DNA from: Akkermansia muciniphila
GTDB taxonomy: Bacteria > Verrucomicrobiota > Verrucomicrobiia > Verrucomicrobiales > Akkermansiaceae
Length of the DNA: 64,000 nt
NCBI GenBank assembly: GCA_945883695.1
Contig: CAMCYK010000002.1
Location: 5,676-69,675, forward strand
Direction of reading: 5' to 3'
Shown: positions 58,228 through 64,000 of the stretch, piece by piece
Numbering within the stretch: position 1 is the first letter of the stretch
Layout of the letters: each line of letters opens with the position of its first letter
The notes under the pieces: model-generated
The model's input: only the letters and a program-made list of their open reading frames with translations
Told to the model about the DNA's origin: nothing
Database searches by the model: none
Position numbers and translations under genes: made by a program

Positions 58228-58260
58228 GCCCGCCCCTCCGAAGCCGAATGGCGAAGGGGG
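58228..58260 (-). repeat. 33-nt in-frame element (PPSPFGFGGAG)
   Basis: Absent from the long hsdR (GKF|RH); CCCCCTTCGCCATTCGGCTTCGGAGGGGCGGGC. Confidence 0.85.
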
Positions 58261-58386
58261 GAACTTCCCGGGCAAGCCCCCCTCCGCCTCCGCGCAGCGC
58301 GGGTTGAACTCCCGCACCTTGGCACCCAGCAAATCCTCGAAAAAAAACGTCCGCCCCTTCGCCCGATCCTTGATCGGCATCTCCGA

Positions 58387-58419
58387 ACTTGTGTCGGCGT
58401 AGCTCTTTGGCGAAGACGC
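58387..58419 (-). repeat. 33-nt in-frame element (ASSPKSYADTS)
   Basis: Same site as, and nearly identical to, 55794-55826. Confidence 0.65.
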
Positions 58420-58529
58420 ATCAAACCCGCGCCGCTGCTCGGCTTCCTTTTGCGACACAAACGTCCAACCGATGGCCTCGGCGTATTCGAGGATCCGGGC
58501 TTGGACGGTTTTGTGTTCGGTGGGCTTGC

Positions 58530-59345
58530 TCATCTCGATCGCGTCTTTCCTACCAACTTCCGAATGACTCGCTTTTTGCGGATAATGAAGAGCTGGCAGT
58601 CAAGAAACACGTGAGCATAGAAGGCAATCCGCTCTAGCGGATGCCTATCATCTAGGCTTTCACGCGACAAATTTCTGGATAAAATTGAAATGTGACGATG
58701 CTTCTCGGCAATCCCAGACAGAGCCGAGGCAATCCGTACGAGGTTTTCATTCTTCAATCCATAATGTGACGTCTCCTGAAAAGCCCTGAGAATATTCCCC
58801 TGAAACTCTTCTAGAGTCCCCATTGATTTCAGCAGTCGCGGCTTTGAGCAAAAATGAGGAGCTTCATTCAGACGGAAAGCTACGTGGTGATCCAGATCAT
58901 CCTGAATCACGCCGATAGTCGACGGCTTAATCCATACCGATCTGTCTTTCACTTTATGATTGAGGTAAGCTTCATTTAATTCCTGAGGAGCATGGAAAGC
59001 AGGAGCCGTATAATATACTTCTTGCCCAACATTCTCGAGATCCAACAACATCTCATGCTGATCAGAATGACGCGAAGCTCGTATATGCATGCGGTAAAAT
59101 GGAATCTGAAGAAGCCCTCTCTTGTACTCCATTGCGCTTTTTCTCGTCATCTTATGCGCTAACTTGAACTGCAAAAAGAGTGGAATTCCAGGCCCATCCA
59201 GACGAACATCGTACCCGCCCCCTTTCTGACCTTCCGCATAGAGGGAAGGAAAAACAGGCGCAGCTTTCAGCGTCATGCCATGCCAGTGAATCAATTCATC
59301 GGTCAATGCATAGCCGTAACTAAACTCGGAAATATTGGGTTTCAT
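58530..59345 (-). CDS. Hypothetical protein, putative PD-(D/E)XK nuclease
   Basis: SEFSYG...GYDV-x9-LFLQFK pattern (D...QxK variant); AT-rich; 23 nt after the PHP-ATPase stop. Confidence 0.7.
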   Translation of the reverse strand: MKPNISEFSYGYALTDELIHWHGMTLKAAPVFPSLYAEGQKGGGYDVRLDGPGIPLFLQFKLAHKMTRKSAMEYKRGLLQIPFYRMHIRASRHSDQHEMLLDLENVGQEVYYTAPAFHAPQELNEAYLNHKVKDRSVWIKPSTIGVIQDDLDHHVAFRLNEAPHFCSKPRLLKSMGTLEEFQGNILRAFQETSHYGLKNENLVRIASALSGIAEKHRHISILSRNLSRESLDDRHPLERIAFYAHVFLDCQLFIIRKKRVIRKLVGKTRSR

Positions 59346-59368
59346 GTGAAATTAAGATAGCGGAGAAC

Positions 59369-62053
59369 TCAATGCCCATACATCGCACGTCGGCGCTCGA
59401 AGGCAGTTGCCCCTCCCTCTAGAATTTTCTGCACCCAATCCTTAGTCTGAAGCCGATCAATCGATCCGCGCTCAATCACTGTTCCGCAGTCATTCTCTCG
59501 CTGCATTGGCAAGATTAACTCCGCGTCTCCCAGAACGGCGATATTCGCGTTGTGGGTGACGACAATAATCTGACGTCTTTCTTTTACAGCACGAAGGGTA
59601 ACAACAATAGTTGCCGCAATAAACGCATTATCCAAATCATCCTCTGGCTGATCAATTATTAGTGGCACACTTGACTCGGACAGCATGGCAATCGTGAGTA
59701 GAATGGTGTGTCGCTGTCCATCTGACAGCTGGATGACTGGAATTTCTTTTGGGTGCTCTCCTTTTGTCCGGACCGTAATAACGGGTTTGGCGGGTTTGCC
59801 TATTTCCTGAAGATCAAAAATTATTCTCCACTTCCTCATTTTTTGAATAATTTCTTCAGCCCATTCTTTGGAGACTCCAGAACTATCTGCGATGCTTTGC
59901 GGATTATTATCGTAGATCCAACCAGAAAGTTCGTCTGGTGTGATTTTTGAACACATTGCTCGCGCAGTCTTCTCTGGAAAATGGCTCCCTGTCATTGCCG
60001 TCTGAATGAATTCGACAAAATCATCAATAATCCCACCTTCATCGTATTTAACAAAAACAAGATAGTCCTGAAGCGTACTCCCAAGCATTTTATTGATATA
60101 CGCAAGCTGTGCCTTGCGGCGCTTGGTCATCTCGCCTCGAACTCGGGCCAGTTCAGCGCGCAGTTCTGAACGTGTAGTTCTTGACCCAAGCAATTCGGGT
60201 CTCCGCTTCTCAATATTCGCTATCTGCCCACCAAGAACACCCTTCTCGCGTATCCACTTTTCAATCTCGGCAATATTGCCCGCTAGGCCCTTTGATTTTA
60301 GCTCTGCGATTTTTGGAGCAAGCTCTTCATTCAGCCTGACATGATTTGCCTTGAGGGCAGCACATTGAACTTCTAGATTAGCCGCGATCGTTTTCAACCC
60401 ATCGTTAATCTCCTGCGTCTTTCGCGTAAGTAGGAGCTTTGCAGCACTAAATTCGCCTCTGATCTGATCGATGGCTGTGGCCGAGGCAGGGTCGCTTGTA
60501 ATTTCTCCCGCCGATTCAATGAAAACGTCGAGGTCTCGCTCAAATCCCGACAGATCGACTCCTTCTCCGTAATCTCTAACTACGCCTTCAACAGCTTCCT
60601 TCACTGTGCGCTCTGAACTAATTTTACTTTGAAGTCCGACAATTTCCTTGAGCTTGCCTTCTTCTGCAATTTGCAGCTTTTTATCAATTTCCCCGTGGCT
60701 CAACTTTTTTTGCTTTAACTGACCAAAGGTTGTCTCAAGAGCAAGCAGTGAAGCGCCATTCTCACGCAATTGGGCAATCAACGCATCCTCCTCTTCAATC
60801 AAGTCTCTCAGGTTTGTGTACCTGTCTAAGAACGACTGGAAAAGACCCGGTGAATTCATTGGATCTTTCGCGATCTCTGCCAGATCTCCCTGCCCAAGGT
60901 ACTCGACAGCAAAAGAATCTAAAGGAGCGTCAGCAACCGAACCATCGGCTTTCGCCTTGACGAAAATATCGCCCGATCTCGAACGTTCATAGCGATAGAG
61001 ATTACCGTCCCCACTTTCACAAAACACCTGCACTAAATCCGGACAGTTATCGAACTCCTCTAATTCGTTGTTCAACCCAAATGCGTAAGCGAGTGCACGG
61101 ATGGCTGTTGACTTGCCTGTTCCTCGTCCACCGATGAAGCAATTGAGATTGTCACTGAATTGAATGAGTTCTCCATCCAAGAACCCTCCGGTCATTGAGA
61201 TTCCGACAACTTTCGGGATCGCTTTCGGAAGGGTTGCTTTGGCCTTCACTCGAGCTGTGGGATCGGTGAGAGCTGTTCGAAATGCATCCCAAGTCAAATC
61301 CGTCAGTTTCATTCGGGTCCACGGTTTGGAGGGGATCGATGCTTCGAAGCGAGCTAAACTGTGGGCATCCGAACCTTGCAGATGAGCGAGATGGTGCCGC
61401 CCCTTGAGTTCTGGCACATCGAGCCTCGCCATGAAAATATCACGCCGCACGCTCGCATCAGAACTTCCGGACTCTTCCTCCGAATACCAATCCAATGTCT
61501 CGATAGCGTCGCACTCTAAACCAAATAGCCCAGGATTGAGAAGGATGTCTCGCTTCCAATTCTGAAATCCAGGGGCAAACTTGTCGAACCCGGTTTTTTC
61601 ACGATCGATATGTGCAGCGATGCAGATCCCCCCCAGTTTGTAGGCTTCCGCGATCACATCTGACATTGATTTAGCAGTATGCGTGTTTTCAGCCCCCTTG
61701 ACACCAACGAGATCAAGCTTCACCAGAAACCGCGAAAGATCATCGATTTTTTCGGGATCGAAGTATGCAAGAAGATGTCCGTGTGCCGTGGTTACCTCTA
61801 CCCCCGGAATCACAACTATCGACCCACCAAACCCCTTGGCGTATGCAACAGCCTCCGCGACGTTTACATCAGAGTTATGATCGGTGATTGCAATGACGCT
61901 GAGTCCCTGTTTTACCGCTGAATCAACAATCGCCTTGGGTGTCATTGCGGTATCCGAAACATCGGCCGATGCTCCATATGAGTGAATGTGTAGATCCACA
62001 TTAACGAACCGAGCTCCGTTCTCAATTGCATCGATATCTTTGAATGTTGCCAT
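59369..62053 (-). CDS. PHP phosphoesterase + SMC-like ATPase fusion (Ppl/TrlF-like)
   Basis: PHP motifs DLHIHS, ITDHN, GVE, AAH, GSDAH; Walker A GGRGTGKS; coiled coil; LSDGQR; IIDQPEDDLDN; VTHNANI. AT-rich relative to host. Confidence 0.88.
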   Translation of the reverse strand: MATFKDIDAIENGARFVNVDLHIHSYGASADVSDTAMTPKAIVDSAVKQGLSVIAITDHNSDVNVAEAVAYAKGFGGSIVVIPGVEVTTAHGHLLAYFDPEKIDDLSRFLVKLDLVGVKGAENTHTAKSMSDVIAEAYKLGGICIAAHIDREKTGFDKFAPGFQNWKRDILLNPGLFGLECDAIETLDWYSEEESGSSDASVRRDIFMARLDVPELKGRHHLAHLQGSDAHSLARFEASIPSKPWTRMKLTDLTWDAFRTALTDPTARVKAKATLPKAIPKVVGISMTGGFLDGELIQFSDNLNCFIGGRGTGKSTAIRALAYAFGLNNELEEFDNCPDLVQVFCESGDGNLYRYERSRSGDIFVKAKADGSVADAPLDSFAVEYLGQGDLAEIAKDPMNSPGLFQSFLDRYTNLRDLIEEEDALIAQLRENGASLLALETTFGQLKQKKLSHGEIDKKLQIAEEGKLKEIVGLQSKISSERTVKEAVEGVVRDYGEGVDLSGFERDLDVFIESAGEITSDPASATAIDQIRGEFSAAKLLLTRKTQEINDGLKTIAANLEVQCAALKANHVRLNEELAPKIAELKSKGLAGNIAEIEKWIREKGVLGGQIANIEKRRPELLGSRTTRSELRAELARVRGEMTKRRKAQLAYINKMLGSTLQDYLVFVKYDEGGIIDDFVEFIQTAMTGSHFPEKTARAMCSKITPDELSGWIYDNNPQSIADSSGVSKEWAEEIIQKMRKWRIIFDLQEIGKPAKPVITVRTKGEHPKEIPVIQLSDGQRHTILLTIAMLSESSVPLIIDQPEDDLDNAFIAATIVVTLRAVKERRQIIVVTHNANIAVLGDAELILPMQRENDCGTVIERGSIDRLQTKDWVQKILEGGATAFERRRAMYGH

Positions 62054-62076
62054 TGGTAGATTTGGGGATTGAGAAT

Positions 62077-63285
62077 TTAGGCTGCGCGAGTCTTCGCTGT
62101 CATCAGGTCATGAAGGAGTGTGCGAAATAGGTCTTGAAGCTGCGCTTTCTTCCTCGACGCTATTTCGGTTCTGTTGCCAACGGCATCCAACGCGTCGGCG
62201 ATGTCTTGCTGCTCGCTTGGTGATGGGAGAGCCAGATCGACTGAGCTGAATGTATTTCGGTTCAGTGTTGGGACGGCGACTCCCTGCCGGTACTGGGTCA
62301 GATCCAGATCAATGACCTTGTAATAGACAAACTTCGGGTGATTCCCCCGAAAATCTTTCACGTAGAGCAAGACGTTGTGCGCCCAGAAATCCTCGGCAAT
62401 AAACAACGGCTTGCCTGCGGATGAACCGCTCCGAACGACGGTCACGCCTGGAGCTTTGACGTTTGCCGTATCGTGAAAGCCGATCACCTGTGTCGCTCCG
62501 ATGACAGGAACCGATCCCTGCCTGAAATCCTGCTTCCGTAGATCGTGGCCACGTTGAAGCGTCACAAATTGATCAAAAGGCAAGACACTCCAACTTTTGG
62601 GAATGCTGCCGATCTCGGTTTGTTTTTGGCATTCATTGCGGAGTCCTTCGGTGAAGAGCTTGTGCATGAGGGCCTTTTTCAGCTCGGTGGTGGTCTGAAT
62701 GATCCGCTCCTGCTCTTCGATCGCCCGCTGCACCGTCGAAAGAATGTGGGCGATCTTCTTTTGCTCGGGGAGTGGGGGGAGACTCAGGCGAAAGCGGTTG
62801 AGCGATGGCCATGATGTCCGCGGATGCTGAACGCCCGTGGTGGTTGCCTTCGCGTATTCTATGAACGGATCAGTGTGAATTAAGTATTTGAGGAAGTCTG
62901 GCTCACAGACATCCTTGCCACGCATGACGATAATGTCTGTCGAACAGATCCCATCAAAATCAGGCCGCGCTCCTTTTCTCAAATAGGGCCGTAGTTTGCC
63001 AAAGAGAACATCACCCGCTTTGAATGCAGTCTTGGAGGATCGGACATCGCTTTCGGTGCCTTGGCCAACAAGCGAAGGGAAACCTTGAGCGAGGTGTTCG
63101 AGTCCCAAATAAAGTCCTTCCCCGATGTCGGATGGTGAATGGGTGTCTTTCACCCGCAGCGCGATGTCTCCTAGGTGGCAGTTCTTCCATCCGTTCGGAA
63201 GAGGATTGAGCACGAGATTCGAATCCGGTGAGGAATCAGTTCCGGCATGGGGGACAGGAATGTCCCCGGTCGTTTGGGTTTTCAT
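62077..63285 (-). CDS. hsdS: Type I restriction-modification specificity subunit
   Basis: Two TRDs; LPPLPEQKKIAHILSTV, GSIPKSW, LPSPSEQQDIA, LLHDLMT. Confidence 0.93.
   Translation of the reverse strand: MKTQTTGDIPVPHAGTDSSPDSNLVLNPLPNGWKNCHLGDIALRVKDTHSPSDIGEGLYLGLEHLAQGFPSLVGQGTESDVRSSKTAFKAGDVLFGKLRPYLRKGARPDFDGICSTDIIVMRGKDVCEPDFLKYLIHTDPFIEYAKATTTGVQHPRTSWPSLNRFRLSLPPLPEQKKIAHILSTVQRAIEEQERIIQTTTELKKALMHKLFTEGLRNECQKQTEIGSIPKSWSVLPFDQFVTLQRGHDLRKQDFRQGSVPVIGATQVIGFHDTANVKAPGVTVVRSGSSAGKPLFIAEDFWAHNVLLYVKDFRGNHPKFVYYKVIDLDLTQYRQGVAVPTLNRNTFSSVDLALPSPSEQQDIADALDAVGNRTEIASRKKAQLQDLFRTLLHDLMTAKTRAA
63250..63267. repeat. REP-like palindrome in the hsdS N-terminal extension
   Basis: GGGGACA-GGAA-TGTCCCC, same GACA-N4-TGTC core as 54166-54185. 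Confidence 0.65.
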
Positions 63286-63304
63286 GCCGCACCTCCCATG
63301 TTTC

Positions 63305-63438
63305 GCCCATTCAGGGCTCCGGATTCTTTGGGGCCGTTGGAACCAGGGCGATGCCCTGGGCTGGTATGTTGCCGCCCCGTTGGGGCTTTGGAGGTAGCGC
63401 GAGGCTGAATTCGAGGTGTCAAGGAATCCTTGACACCT
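63305..63438. repeat. Cluster of short palindromes upstream of hsdS
   Basis: GCCC/GGGC (63305-17), CCAGGGC/GCCCTGG (63343-59), GCCCC/GGGGC (63374-86), perfect 11-bp AGGTGTCAAGG/CCTTGACACCT (63414-38). Confidence 0.65.
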
Positions 63439-63466
63439 GCGCGGCGCGAACGGCTTAGGGAAGCAA

Positions 63467-64000
63467 TCACTCCCTTCCTCCTTCCAGTTGTTTCAGATTC
63501 CTCGCGGTGAGGGTGCGCATCCGGCGGATGGCGATGGCGTTGAGGCGCTTGATGCGGTCGCTCTGCGGCAGGGCCATGTGAATGAACTCGGCGTTCATGT
63601 TCTCGAGGTTGGCGAGGACGAGGAGTTGTTCGAGGCTGGCGTGGTCGCGCATGTTGCCGTCTTTGCCGGGGTTGGCGTCCCGCCACTGGCGGGCGGTCTG
63701 GCCGAAGAGGGCGACGTTGAGGAGGTCGGCCTCGCTGGCGTAGGTGTAGGCGGCTTGTTGCGGCGTGACTTGAGCAGGAATCAGATGGGCTTGGATGGCG
63801 TCGGTGTGGAGCCGGTAGTTGATCTTGGCGAGGGTGCGGTTGAGATTCCAAGCGAGCGAGAGGCGGCGGTTCTCGTCCTCTTTGAGCCGCTGGAACTCCT
63901 TGATGAGGTAAAGCTTGAACTCCGGACTGAGCCAAGAGCCGAATTCAAAGGCAATATCGCGGTGGGCGAAAGTGCCGCCGTAGCGGCCTGCCTTGGCAAT
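63467..64000 (-). CDS. KilA-N domain protein (5' end outside window)
   Basis: Own translation from 64000: IAKAGRYGGTFAHRDIAFEFGSWLSPEFKLYLIKEFQRLK...YASEADLLNVALFG...N.RDHASLEQL.VL.NLE. Confidence 0.88.
   Translation of the reverse strand: MAKAGRYGGTFAHRDIAFEFGSWLSPEFKLYLIKEFQRLKEDENRRLSLAWNLNRTLAKINYRLHTDAIQAHLIPAQVTPQQAAYTYASEADLLNVALFGQTARQWRDANPGKDGNMRDHASLEQLLVLANLENMNAEFIHMALPQSDRIKRLNAIAIRRMRTLTARNLKQLEGGRE

Larger units (their letters stand above)
58099..58533 (-). pseudogene. hsdR: Truncated hsdR 5' relic (c)
   Basis: MSKPTEHKTVQARIL...GKFFDHEEKRER then homology stops; first 36 nt identical to the long hsdR. Open frame continues to 58048. Confidence 0.9.

Noticed and set aside
53966-58533. 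CRISPR array or integron attC sites
   Set aside because: Repeats are protein-coding hsdR segments kilobases apart; no regular spacers, cas genes, intI or recognisable attC box structure.
50945-64000. Prophage or ICE with tatD as attachment site covering the R-M island
   Set aside because: The second repeat is only 550 bp away; no integrase, phage or conjugation genes in the window. The far end of the island lies outside the window.

Overview
High-GC bacterial DNA; gene content (DUF1501/PSD1, DUF6288, PilX-like Verru_Chthon-type protein, many autotransporter-associated repeats) suggests Verrucomicrobiota (inference). Three zones, mostly on the minus strand. (1) 0.1-13.4 kb: GNAT-nitrilase fusion, CPA2 antiporter, PSD1+DUF1501 pair, acsA-pdhA-pdhB-pdhC-ACP operon with no E3. 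(2) 13.6-49.6 kb: five giant secreted repeat proteins, all ending F-x-R-[LA]-x-[VA]-x3-P and lacking a beta-barrel; two DUF6288 paralogues; a GntR/LacI-type regulator; a PilX-like protein; and an intergenic 115-nt near-identical copy of an internal gene segment. (3) 49.9-64 kb: TatD/EboB-like gene, a hicBA module bracketed by a 50-bp duplication of the tatD 3' end, then a type I R-M locus. Main result: between hsdS and the long hsdR lie three defence-like two-gene cassettes (PHP-ATPase + PD-(D/E)XK-like nuclease; PtuAB/Septu-like; DUF3800 + small putative RNase flanked by two structured non-coding segments). They are separated by two relic hsdR 5' ends that both stop at about hsdR codons 108-112, consistent with serial cassette capture at one site. 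The hsdR copies also carry a family of frame-preserving 33/30-nt elements and a 96-nt palindromic insert. No tRNA, rRNA, CRISPR array, reverse transcriptase or integrase was seen. Family assignments are from motif recognition by eye, not database searches.
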